64,000 nucleotides of DNA from a virus, in the IMG/VR virus record IMGVR_UViG_3300021135_000003; one strand, given 5' to 3'. Of the stretch, positions 26,514-38,200 are shown piece by piece (position 1 is the first letter of the stretch; each line of letters starts with the position of its first letter). The notes beneath the pieces are model-generated. The model was not told the DNA's origin. It was given only the letters and a program-made list of their open reading frames with translations, and ran no database searches. The translations under genes and the position numbers were made by a program.

Positions 26514-28876
26514 TGATTACAAGACCTAAAGTTTCATCGATAGTAGCATCACAGCTACCTGAATTTATCAGGGATGACTATCAAACATTCGTTGATTTTT
26601 TAAAAGCATATTATGAATTTTTAGAAAGTACGCAACAGGATCCAATATCTTTACGAGATTTAGATACCACACTTGATACATTTATTACATATTTTAAGTC
26701 TGAACTTGCTACAAGTTTACCATATTCTACAGTTGACGAAAGATTTTTATTAAGTAAAATTAAAGATTTATATCTAGCAAAGGGTAGTGAAGCGTCGTTT
26801 AGATTATTGTTTAGAATTCTTTTTAATAAAACTATTGAACTTGATTATCCTGCAACTCAAATGTTGCGTGCTTCGGATGGTAAATGGAATCAAGACGTTT
26901 CCGTATTCGTTAATATCCTTGTTGGTAAACCAGAGGATATTGTTGGTAAATTAGTTGATGTAGTAACACAAACTAAAATTATTCGTGTTCTTATTGATCG
27001 CCGTCAGTATGTTGAGGTTGAAGTTGATCGTGCAATTAGAATATCAAATAATTTATACGAGTTAATTCTTGATAGACGTTTCTTTGGTACAATTTCAGTT
27101 GGTGATACTTTACGCTATATTGATCCAGCAACTAATCAATTGGTATTCAATGCTCAGATATTACCAACTACTTCAAACTTAATTGTTGAGAAACCTGGAT
27201 CTGGTTTTAAAGTAGGCGACCTCTATAATATCAACAACTATAATGGTTATGGAACCATTATGAAAGTTTCTGCTGTTGATGCGAATGGTGGTATTGCTCT
27301 TGGTCAGTTTATTAAATATGGTACTGGATATACAACAGATTTTACTACAACAATTTCTGCCACTTCTGGACAAGACGTAGCTGGAACTGCTGGTACTATT
27401 ATTCAACGTGTTGATACATTCCTTGCGCCAGCAAATAAAACTGTTAATCTTACTATTACAGAATCATTAAATGGATTTGCTGAATCTGGATCTCTTAATA
27501 CTGCTGATTATAACTTAGAAAGTTCAGCTGAAATTGCTGCAGATATTGCATCATATGGCGTTCAAAAGGGTAACTTCTTTGATGGTGCATATGCTGGTAT
27601 TACACTTCGTGAATTTGGTATTACTAATATCGATTCTCAAGTAACTACTACTGATCCTGCAATTATTAAAGTAACTCTTGGACCATTGGCAAAATATCCA
27701 GGTTACTATGTTAACAACGATGGATTCTTAGATGATGCGGTATTTATTCAAGATAGTAAATACTATCAAGCATTCTCATATGTTATTAAAATTGATCAAG
27801 CATTAGATTCTTACAAAACAATTGTTAAGAATTTAATTCACCCAGCTGGTACTCAGGTATTTGGTGAATACGATATTCGTAATGAATTTTCAATCGGTAC
27901 AGCTTTAGAATCATTAATTAAAATCCTTTCTGTTACATTAAATGATAGTGTTATTACAGATTCAGGAAATGATGTTACTGATCTAACTCGTGTTAATCCT
28001 GTCTTTAATGTTCCTACTGGAACACTATTAAGTGGTTCTTCTGCTGGTATATTGAAGCCAATTGATGATACAGTTTTAAATAATGATGGTAGTCAAGATA
28101 ATCAAACAGTTACCATGGTTGAAACTGGTATTGCATTAGATTCAACAAGAACTATGCCTTACCTAGTAACATCAAAACCAATTGATGATACAGGTAATAA
28201 TAAATTAAATGATGGCAGCACAGTCGATACGTTCTACGTAACTATGACTGATAATGGTACTAATTTTATTGCATTAAGCGGAACTTTATTAACTGGTTCT
28301 GATGCTGGTGTATTAAAAACTTTAGACCAAACTCATATAATAAATGATGGTGTCACAATTGACAACGAGTCTGTAGTATTAGGTGATGGTGGTGATATTC
28401 AAGATTTGACTAGAACTAACCTAGCATTTACCAATACTAAATTACTTGATTCCACTCACTATTTAAATGATGGAACTACATTAGATTCAGAATCTGTGAC
28501 TATGTCTGAACCAACTTACACCAACTCTGATGGTGTAAGTGGACGTTATGGTATTAGTACATATTCAGTTTCTAAAACTATTGATTCAACATCTTTTGTT
28601 CACTATTTGTATGATAACTCAACTGCAGATAGCGATACAATTACACCATTAGATACAGACGCCACAAGTTCTACTGACCTAAATAGAACGACACCTGCGT
28701 TTGCGTTAACTACCACATTTGGTTTATTGCTAAATGATGGTATTACTTCTGATACAAATACTGCCACTCCAACAGATAGTGGCGGTACTATGGACGTAAA
28801 CCCATATGGAGAAGCTGGTTATTTCTTAAATGACAATGGCTTATACGTAGGAAACCCAATAACCTTTACTGGATAA
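26513..28876 (+). CDS. gp7: Baseplate wedge gp7-like protein with acidic C-terminal repeats
   Basis: SQLPEFIRDDY..FLKAYYEF, KGSEAS, IQDSKYYQAFSY, HPAG. Confidence 0.75.
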   Translation: MITRPKVSSIVASQLPEFIRDDYQTFVDFLKAYYEFLESTQQDPISLRDLDTTLDTFITYFKSELATSLPYSTVDERFLLSKIKDLYLAKGSEASFRLLFRILFNKTIELDYPATQMLRASDGKWNQDVSVFVNILVGKPEDIVGKLVDVVTQTKIIRVLIDRRQYVEVEVDRAIRISNNLYELILDRRFFGTISVGDTLRYIDPATNQLVFNAQILPTTSNLIVEKPGSGFKVGDLYNINNYNGYGTIMKVSAVDANGGIALGQFIKYGTGYTTDFTTTISATSGQDVAGTAGTIIQRVDTFLAPANKTVNLTITESLNGFAESGSLNTADYNLESSAEIAADIASYGVQKGNFFDGAYAGITLREFGITNIDSQVTTTDPAIIKVTLGPLAKYPGYYVNNDGFLDDAVFIQDSKYYQAFSYVIKIDQALDSYKTIVKNLIHPAGTQVFGEYDIRNEFSIGTALESLIKILSVTLNDSVITDSGNDVTDLTRVNPVFNVPTGTLLSGSSAGILKPIDDTVLNNDGSQDNQTVTMVETGIALDSTRTMPYLVTSKPIDDTGNNKLNDGSTVDTFYVTMTDNGTNFIALSGTLLTGSDAGVLKTLDQTHIINDGVTIDNESVVLGDGGDIQDLTRTNLAFTNTKLLDSTHYLNDGTTLDSESVTMSEPTYTNSDGVSGRYGISTYSVSKTIDSTSFVHYLYDNSTADSDTITPLDTDATSSTDLNRTTPAFALTTTFGLLLNDGITSDTNTATPTDSGGTMDVNPYGEAGYFLNDNGLYVGNPITFTG

Positions 28877-28888
28877 ATAGGAGATTTT

Positions 28889-29341
28889 ATGAAAATCAAA
28901 AAACAAGACGAATTGTTAGCAACTGGGCAAGTACTAATTCAGTTGTTAGATTCAAATGGTAATTTAAAAGAAGAACACAAAGTTAAAAACTTAGTTGTTA
29001 CAACTGGTAAAACTTATATTGCCAACCGTATGCAAGGTTCTGGCGTTGCTACTGTAATGGGCTGGATGGCCATTGGTACTAACACTACTACTCCTGCTGT
29101 TGCCAATACTGCGCTTGGTACTGAAGCTGGACGTGTTACATTAGCATCCTTTACTTCTTCTGGTGCTCAAGTTACTGCTACTGCTACATTCCCAGCAGGT
29201 ACTGGTACTGGTGCTATTACTGAAGCTGGTATTTTTAATGCAAGCTCATCAGGCACTATGCTTTGCCGCACTACATTCCCAGTTGTTAACAAAGCAGCTG
29301 GCGACTCTATTGCTGTTACTTGGGTAGTTACAGTAAGTTAA
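28889..29341 (+). CDS. Conserved baseplate/tail-associated protein
   Basis: NLVVTTGK, MAIGT, TEAGIFN, VNKAAGDS; ATAAATA and AGGAG upstream. Confidence 0.65.
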   Translation: MKIKKQDELLATGQVLIQLLDSNGNLKEEHKVKNLVVTTGKTYIANRMQGSGVATVMGWMAIGTNTTTPAVANTALGTEAGRVTLASFTSSGAQVTATATFPAGTGTGAITEAGIFNASSSGTMLCRTTFPVVNKAAGDSIAVTWVVTVS

Positions 29342-29357
29342 TTTTTAGGTAAAATAA

Positions 29358-32228
29358 ATGTCATCATTACTAAAATCTCCGTTAGACAATTCTATTGCTA
29401 ACGCAGTATATAATGAAATCCAAAATCGTAGTGCTCGTTACTACTACTTTTTAGGTAAAACTTTAACATGGCCAGTGGATACAAATCCTCCACTACCAGT
29501 TGATAGTTTTGCTTATGAATTAGCAACACGTAACGAAATTATTACTATGAAAGAAGTTAAGTCAACTGACGTGGCTTTCGTTATCCCTAGAGCAGACTGG
29601 GTTACTGGTCAAGTTTGGGATATGTATGATGACCAATATTCTACTGAAGTTCAAGGTATTAATTTAATTGCTGGTGGATATGGTTATTCATCAGTTCCAA
29701 CTGTTACTATTTCAGGTGGTGGTGGTTCTGGTGCAACTGCAGTAGCAGTGTTAAACTCTGGTGTTGTTGCAGGAATTACTTTAACTAGCAAAGGTATTGG
29801 ATATACTGCTGTTCCAACTGTTACTATTTCAGGTGGTGGCGGCACAGGTGCTGTTGGAACAGCAGCAGTTACTATTGCTCCTTCTGGTGCTCAGCGTTTA
29901 GAAGATACCATGTGTTATGCATTAACTGACGATTTTAACGTATACAAATGTCTTGATAATAATAACAATTCAATTTCTACATATAAACCAGTTGGTACTG
30001 TTGTAGATCCAGTTGTTATGCCTGACGGATATATGTGGAAATACTTATACAGTATTCCTATTGCTCTTCGCAATAAGTTTTTAACTGACGTATATATGCC
30101 AGTTGTTAATTCTATTCGATCTCAGTTTTATTCTGGTGGTGAGATTCTAAATGTCCGTATTGATAATCAAGGACAGAATTATACTTTCGCAAATATTTCA
30201 GTTTCTGGTGATGGTTATATAAAATCAGATCCTGTTTTAATTGACCATATGGTTATTTCAAATCCTGGATCTGGATATACTGGTGGGGCGACAATGACTA
30301 TTGATCCACCAATCAGTGGAGCCAGTGTCTGGCAAAATGGAATTCAGATTCTTGTTGGGCAATCAGTAGAATATAATAATAATCTTTATACTGCAACAGT
30401 TACTGGTACAATGGCTTCTCCTGGACCTACTCACAGATCTGGTGTTGTTGCTAATGGAACTGCAGCTTTACAATATGTTGGAACACGTGCTACTGGTGTA
30501 TTAACTACGACTGGTGGTGCTATTACTGGTTATACCTTATTTGGTAGCATATATGATGTTACAATTACCAATGGTGGTTTGGGTTATACATCTACTCCAT
30601 CAGTGGCATTGGTTGATGATATCGATAGTGCACCTGACGCTGATTATGATGGAACAGGTTTCGTTGGTCAATGTATTATGAATGGAACTTCTGTTGGTAA
30701 AGTTCAAGTTGTTGATCCAGGATATGGTTATGGCTACGCTCAAAATTTAGTTATTGGTACTCCGTTTGTAGCTTCAACTGCATATAGTGTTGGTCAACAG
30801 ATTTATTACTCAAATAGACTTTATACTGTAACTGTTGCTGGAACTTCAAGCGCATCTGCAACCCCAACAATTAATGGAGCAATTACCGCAATTAATCTTA
30901 CTTCTGGCGGATCTGGTTATAGTTCCGTAACTCCTCCTGTTATTAATATTTCTGCTCCTGATGTTTCTACTGGTACTCAAGCTGTTGCTACACCAGTAAT
31001 TACTTCTGGTGTAATTACTGGTATTACTGTTACTGCTGGTGGTTCAGGTTATATTAATCCACCAACTGTTACTATTACTTCATCAATCGGTACTGGTGCT
31101 TTAGCTGGTGCTACTACATTACAAACTGCAACAAATGGAACTATGACACTGCGTTATTCTGGTGTTGCAGCAACTGGTACTGTTAATTTAAGATATGGTG
31201 CTGGTTATAAAGTTGCCCCAAATGTTTCAATTACTGCTATTTCAGGTGGGCTTGGAGCAACAGCATATTTCGTTGCTCCTCCATCTAAAGCAAAATTAAC
31301 ACCAATTATTGTTAATGGCGCAATTAGTGCAGTTCAAATTGATGATGGTGGTACTGGTTATACATACGCTAACTTAACAGTCACTGGTGACGGTAATGGT
31401 GGTGGTACTAATCCGAACACTGCTCAATTAACTGCTGATTTATCTCCAGGTGATTTAAATACTTTACAAGCAAATACTGAACTATTGACACCTGATGGGC
31501 GTATTATGGCTTATCCAGTTATTTCTGGTGGATATGGTTATGGTTCAGATTTTCCTATAACAATTACTGGTGATGGTACTGGTGCTGCAGCAACTGCTAA
31601 TGTAGTTAATGGTACAGTTACAAAAATTACTGTTACAAATTATGGTTTAGGATATCGTTGGTGTAAAGTAGCATTTGATCAAGGTTCTGGTTTCGGTGCT
31701 GCTGCTCGTGGTGTTATGGCTCCATATGGTGGTCATGGTAAAGATCCAATTACTGGTATGTTTGCTAAAACTTTAATGTTTTATACAAACGTATCTAAAG
31801 ATACAAACCAAGGATATATTGTAAATAATGACTTTAGACAATTGGGTATTATTAAAAACCCACGTCAATTCGGAGCATATGGTAACTTGGCTACTTCATT
31901 GGCATCCGCTTGTTATTTGGTAACTGGTTTTATTGATACTACTAACTTTGTCGCTGACCAAAATTTAACACTTGGAACTTCTACTGGTCCTTTGTTTAGA
32001 ATTGTTGCTGTTACTTCTACTGGTGCTTTGCTTCAATCTATTGATAATGCAGTGCCAACTGTTGGATCAGTGTTTATTAACGTAGCAGGAAATACTTTTA
32101 CTGCTTCAGGTGTAACCTCTCCAACAGCAGATAAATATTCAGGTAATATATTGTTTATTGATAACAAACAAGCGTTTACGCCAACTGCTGATCAGAACGT
32201 AACATTAAGAACTGTTATCCACTTCTAA
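29358..32228 (+). CDS. gp8: Baseplate wedge gp8-like protein with multiple GSGY and CBM-like insertions
   Basis: VIPRADWVTG..YDD, VYKCLDNN, DGYMWKYLY, GGHGKDP, NDFRQLGIIKNP, YSGNILFIDN. Confidence 0.8.
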   Translation: MSSLLKSPLDNSIANAVYNEIQNRSARYYYFLGKTLTWPVDTNPPLPVDSFAYELATRNEIITMKEVKSTDVAFVIPRADWVTGQVWDMYDDQYSTEVQGINLIAGGYGYSSVPTVTISGGGGSGATAVAVLNSGVVAGITLTSKGIGYTAVPTVTISGGGGTGAVGTAAVTIAPSGAQRLEDTMCYALTDDFNVYKCLDNNNNSISTYKPVGTVVDPVVMPDGYMWKYLYSIPIALRNKFLTDVYMPVVNSIRSQFYSGGEILNVRIDNQGQNYTFANISVSGDGYIKSDPVLIDHMVISNPGSGYTGGATMTIDPPISGASVWQNGIQILVGQSVEYNNNLYTATVTGTMASPGPTHRSGVVANGTAALQYVGTRATGVLTTTGGAITGYTLFGSIYDVTITNGGLGYTSTPSVALVDDIDSAPDADYDGTGFVGQCIMNGTSVGKVQVVDPGYGYGYAQNLVIGTPFVASTAYSVGQQIYYSNRLYTVTVAGTSSASATPTINGAITAINLTSGGSGYSSVTPPVINISAPDVSTGTQAVATPVITSGVITGITVTAGGSGYINPPTVTITSSIGTGALAGATTLQTATNGTMTLRYSGVAATGTVNLRYGAGYKVAPNVSITAISGGLGATAYFVAPPSKAKLTPIIVNGAISAVQIDDGGTGYTYANLTVTGDGNGGGTNPNTAQLTADLSPGDLNTLQANTELLTPDGRIMAYPVISGGYGYGSDFPITITGDGTGAAATANVVNGTVTKITVTNYGLGYRWCKVAFDQGSGFGAAARGVMAPYGGHGKDPITGMFAKTLMFYTNVSKDTNQGYIVNNDFRQLGIIKNPRQFGAYGNLATSLASACYLVTGFIDTTNFVADQNLTLGTSTGPLFRIVAVTSTGALLQSIDNAVPTVGSVFINVAGNTFTASGVTSPTADKYSGNILFIDNKQAFTPTADQNVTLRTVIHF

Positions 32229-32260
32229 TAAATAAACGAATAACATAAAGAGTAAAAAGA

Positions 32261-35200
32261 ATGCTAGACTTTAATACCGAACCGTATAATGATGATTACG
32301 ATCCTGCGAAACAATTTTATAGAATTTTGTATCGTCCTTCGTTTGCTGTTCAGGCTCGAGAACTTACTCAAATGCAGAGTATTCTGCAGAATCAAATTAA
32401 AACCCATGGCGATAATATCTTTAAAAATGGTGCCATGGTTATTCCTGGACAGGCTTCCATTCAAGCTGATGGCCAGCCAGGTGGTGGAGCAGACTACGTA
32501 AAACTTATTCCTGTTTATTCAAACGTAGCAGTTGAAACTTTCTTATCAGCATTAAATGGTCAAACTATTATTGGCCAAACTACTGGTCTTACTGCAACTG
32601 TTACTTACTGCCAAAGCGCAGAAAATGATGATCCAACTACATTATATCTAAATTATACTGGACCAACACCAACAGGTTCTACTACTGCTAAAACTTTTGG
32701 TATTAATGAAGTATTAAAAACTTCTGATGGAACATATACATTCCAAATTGGTTCTACTTCTGACTGTGTTGGTAAAGGTTCTTTAGCAAGTATTCAACAG
32801 GGTGTTTATTATATCAACGGATATTTTGTTCTTTGCACACAACAAACTATCGTTCTTGACAAATATACAACTACTCCAACATATCGTATTGGTTTAGTTT
32901 ATACAGAATCTATTGTTACACCAGAATCAGATGAAACTCTTTTAGATAATGCTCAAAACTCATATAACTATGCTGCTCCAGGTGCACATCGTTATATGAT
33001 TGATTTGACTTTAACTAAACTTACAATTGATTCAACTTCTGATACAAATTTCGTTGAAGTTATCCGTGTAACAAATGGTAAAATTAATACTATTGTTCAA
33101 GACACTGCTTATAATACAATTTACAATCAAATTGAAACTGAAATCCAAAGAAGAACATATGATACTAATGGTGATTATACTGTTAGTGGTTTTGACATTG
33201 ATGTTCGTGAACACCGCAATAATAATCGCGGAACTTGGACTACAAACACAGCATATTTAATCGGCGACGTTGTTACTTACAACGGTAATATTTACACTGC
33301 ATTAAATACTACTACTTCTATTACCACTCCTCCAACACATACTTCTGGTTCTGCTTATGATGGATCAAGCACAACAGGTGTAAATTGGCAATATACTACA
33401 AACCCAATTTATAATCGTGGTATTAATTTAGATGGCAATGAAAATCAATTAGCCATTGGTATTGAAGCTGGTAAAGCATATGTTCAGGGTCATGAGATTG
33501 AAAAGACTGCTGTAACATATATTCCAGTTAATAAAGCTAGAGATTTTGTTCAAACTACTAACTCAGTTATACCAGCAACAGTTGGTAACTATGTTCTTGT
33601 TACAAACGTAAATAACCTACCTCCAGTTGATACATATGCAAACGTAATTTTGTATAACTACATTACTGGTGGTACTGTTGGTACTTCTCCAAGTGGAGCA
33701 ACAGCAGTTGGTACTGCTCGTGTTCGTGTAATGGAATACCATAGTGGTTTACCATTTAGTTCTTCAACTATCTACAAGTTAAGTTTATTTGATGTTCAGA
33801 TGAACTCTGGATATAAGTTTAACACAGATGTAAAATCTTTTGTATATGCAGTTGGTTCTGCCGCAACATCATTTAGCGCAGATATTAGCCCAATCACTAA
33901 TCAATTGATTGGTTCAGTTACTGCTTCTGGCACAACAGTTAATGGTACAGGAACATCATTCTTAACTGATTTAGCAGTTAATGATCTAGTTCAAATTTCA
34001 GCTTCTGGTTCTAGCTACTATCGTAGAGTAGTATCAATTACTAACCAAAACGCAATTGTTGTTGATTCTTCTGTTACTGTTACAGGAGCAACAATTATCA
34101 AATGTACTACTCAGATTGCTGAGCCAGAGAATATTTCCCTAATATTCCCATTACCTTACTACGCAATTCGTAGCGTTAAGGGTGTTGGTTCAAGTGGTGT
34201 TAATAATACTACTTACGTTTGCTATCAAAAGTTTACACAAAACGCATCTGGTACAACTTTAAATTTAAGTACTTCTGGTACATTTGCCTCTGCAGCAGAT
34301 AGCACACATTATGCTTGTTATGATAATACTACTGGTGTTGTATTCACTCCAATAACTATCCTACCAGTTGGAAGTAACGCAACCATTACTGTTCCTTCTG
34401 CACAATCAGGACACTCTATTACTGTTATTGCAACAGTTCAACGTAATGGTTCTGGCTTCGAAAAGACTAAAACATTATATACAGTCTCTGAAACCTTTAC
34501 TACTGCTGCAGCTGCACAAGCAGCTGTCGTTTATCTAGATAAAGCAGACGTATTCCAAATCGTAAGCGTAACAATGGCCACTGGTGCTGCATTTGGCACT
34601 ACTCCAGCTTCCACTGCTTATACTACTGATATTTCAGATCGTTATAGTTTTGACAATGGTCAGCGTAATACCCACTATGACTGGGGCTCATTAACATTAC
34701 TTCCATCTTTTGCTGCCCCATCAAATCCAATTAAAGTAACGTATCAATATTTTGAACATACTTCTGGTGACTATTTTGATGTTAACTCATACTATAACCC
34801 ATTAGTTGCTAACTCTGGTATTGACTATAAACTTATTCCTGCAAATTTAAGAGACGCTATTGACTTCCGTCCTCGTGTTGCAAATAGAAGTTTTGCTGTT
34901 GCTTCAGGTGGATCAAACTTTATGGCATATAAGAACTTTACTCAAACAGGTTCTAGTTACTCAGCTATGCCGAAACGAGGTGAATCTATTACTGCTGATT
35001 ACAGTTATTATCTTGCTCGTAGAGATAAAGTTGCTGTTGACTTAAATGGTAATATTTTTGATATCAATGGTGTTTCTTCTGTAACTCCAGGATATCCAGT
35101 TGATCCAGCATTGGGTATGGTTCTCTACACACTAGATTTACAACCATATACGTTTGGAACAACTTCTACAAACGTATCAGTTTCTAAAATTGATAATAAG

Positions 35201-38200
35201 CGTTACACAATGCGTGATATTGGTAAATTAGAATCACGTATCAATACACTTGAGTATTATACTTCTCTTTCTTTATTAGAGCAAGAAACTCAATCAATGA
35301 AGATCACTGACTCTAAAGGTCTTGATCGCATGAAAAATGGTTTCGTTGTTGATAACTTTGCTGGTAATAATCTTGGAGATAGCACAAATCCTGACTATTT
35401 CTGTTCTGTTGATATGGAAAGCAATCAATTGCGTCCATTCTATACAATGTATAACGTAAACCTGTTAGAGAAATTCTCTACTAATACATTACGTTCTGGG
35501 GCAAATTATCAGTTAACTGGTGATATTATTACATTACCTTACACAACTACTCCATTAATTACTCAGTCGTATGCTTCTCGTTTAGAGAATATTAACCCAT
35601 TTGCTATCTTTACTTTCTTAGGTTCAGTACAATTAAATCCACCAACAGACGATTGGTTTGAAACTGCTCGCTTACCTGATATTATTCAGCAAGTAGAAGG
35701 TAACTATAATATGGTTGCCCTTATGGCTGAGAAAGCTGGTGTTCTTGGTACTGTTTGGAATGCTTGGCAAACTGAATGGACTGGTCAACCAGTAAGCACA
35801 GGAACAACAACTTATGTTGGTGATAAACGTGGCGTTGGTGTTGCATCTTGGAGAGATGGAACTGTTTCTAATACTGATGCAAGTCAACTCGATGCTACCT
35901 TTGGTGGTGGTCCACAATCTCCATTAGGTGGCTGGGCTCACCGTCAAGTTACTGTTGAAACAACTGCAGTTGCTATCGGACAATCTAGAAGTGGTGTTAA
36001 TACATCTATTGCTCTTAAAACTGATTATCAGCAAGTTGATGATGTTGTAGTTTCTACTGCGCTTATCCCTTATATCCGTTCAAGAAATATTCTTGTTCAA
36101 GCGCATAAATTAAAACCAAACACTAAATTCTATCCATATTTTGATGGTCTTGATATTAGTGCTTTCTGCATTCCAGCTATTAAAATTATTATAAGTGGCG
36201 TAACTGGAACATTTGATACATCATCAAATGTTGGTGCTCAGGCTTCAGATCCAAAACGTAGAATCGCAAATGATGTTCAAGTTTGTTTAAATGCAGGCGA
36301 TGTTATTTCTAATGGTACTGGTGGTTCAGCTGTTGTTGTTAATTCATATATTGATGGTAATGGCAATAAATGTTTAAGCGTTGTTAATATTATTGGAACT
36401 TTATCTGGTCCAACTATTGTAGGTGGTATTTCTATTCCAGGTGATAGTATTACTGGTTCTTACAGTGGAGCTACTGCTACTATCGTTTCAGTAACACCAC
36501 AATCAACTTTAACAACTACTGCTTCTGGTGACCTTGAGTTCTTATTTAATATTCCTAATACTGATTCTGTTCGTTTCCGCACTGGTTCTCGTGAATTGAA
36601 ACTTGTTGATTCTAGCACATATGCTGGTAACTATACATCACGTGGTATTGCTACATATGAAGCTACTGGTACTTTAACAACTAAACAAGCTACTATTAAT
36701 GCAGTTCGCAATGCTACTTTAGTTCAAGAACAAGTTAGTGATAATCAAGTTATTCATCAATCTGGTCCAGATCGTGTTCTTTCCGATACTGGTTGGTATG
36801 ATCCTCTTGCGCAATCATTCTTAATTCAACAAAAGGGTGGCGCATTCTTAACAAGTATTGATATTTTCTTTGCAACTAAAGATGCCAATATTCCAGTAAC
36901 ACTATCAATTCGTGAAATGATCAATGGTGCTCCTGGAAAACGAATCCTACCATTTAGTACTGTTACTAAGTTCCCTGCTGATGTTAACTTATCTGCAAAC
37001 ACAGTAACTACTGCTGATGGTAATACTTACCCAACATTCGATACGCCAACTACATTTACTTTTGATTCTCCAGTTTACGTTCAAGACACAACTGAGTATT
37101 GTTTCGTTCTACAATCAGACTCAAACAGCTATAATGTTTGGATCTCTTATATGGGCGACACAATTCCAGGTTCAGGTAGAACAATTTCTGAACAACCATA
37201 TGCTGGTGTAATGTTTAAGTCTCAGAACGCATCTACTTGGACACCTGATCAAAGTGCTGATATTAAGTTTACAATTAATAGAGCAGTATTTAATACTTCT
37301 GTTGTTGCTGATGTAGAATTTGTTAATGATGTTCTACCATACGATAATCTTGACACAGATCCGTTTGAAACTACAAGTGGTTCTAACTTAGTTCGAGTTT
37401 GGCATTATGATCATGGTATGCCAGTGGGATCAACTGTTGATATTTCAGCAGTCAATGCAAATGATCCAGGAACTGGAACTATTACTACTTCTATTTCAAG
37501 TAGCACTGTTACTGGTGTTGGAACTACATTTACTACTCAAGCTATTGTTGGAACAAACCTGTATAGCGCACAAGATGTTTATATCGGTACTGTTACTGCG
37601 GTTGGTAGCGATACTTCATTAACTCTATCGGCCAATGCTACTATTGCTTTACCTGCTGGATCTACTTTCCAATATGTTGGACCTGTTAATGGTATCCCTG
37701 CTAATCAGGTATTTAAACAATCAATTATCTCTAACGTAGATTTAAACTCATACACAATTACTACAACTGCTAATGCTACTTTAACTGGTTATACTGGTGG
37801 GACTTTAATTCGTGCGTCTAGAAATATTGAATTTGACACAGTAAATCCATCTGTTCAGATTCAGTCATTCTCTGATACAACATCTTCTTTTGCAGTTAAA
37901 ACTACTTCTGGTAAGTCAGTTGATGGTAGTCAAACACCATATGTTGTTGATAGTAGTTTTACTCCATGTTTAATTAAACAGAATAATGATTTTGGTTCTC
38001 CAAGAATGATTGCTTCTGAATGGAATGAAGGTGCTAATATTGGTGGTTCTAAGAGTTTAACTTTCTCTGCTGCTCTTCAAACATCGAATGATGCTGTATC
38101 TCCAGTAATTGATACAACTAGAACAAGTTTGATTGCAGTTAAGAATATTCTTAATTACCCAACTGAATCTAATACTAACGTGGCAGCAATTGATACTGTA

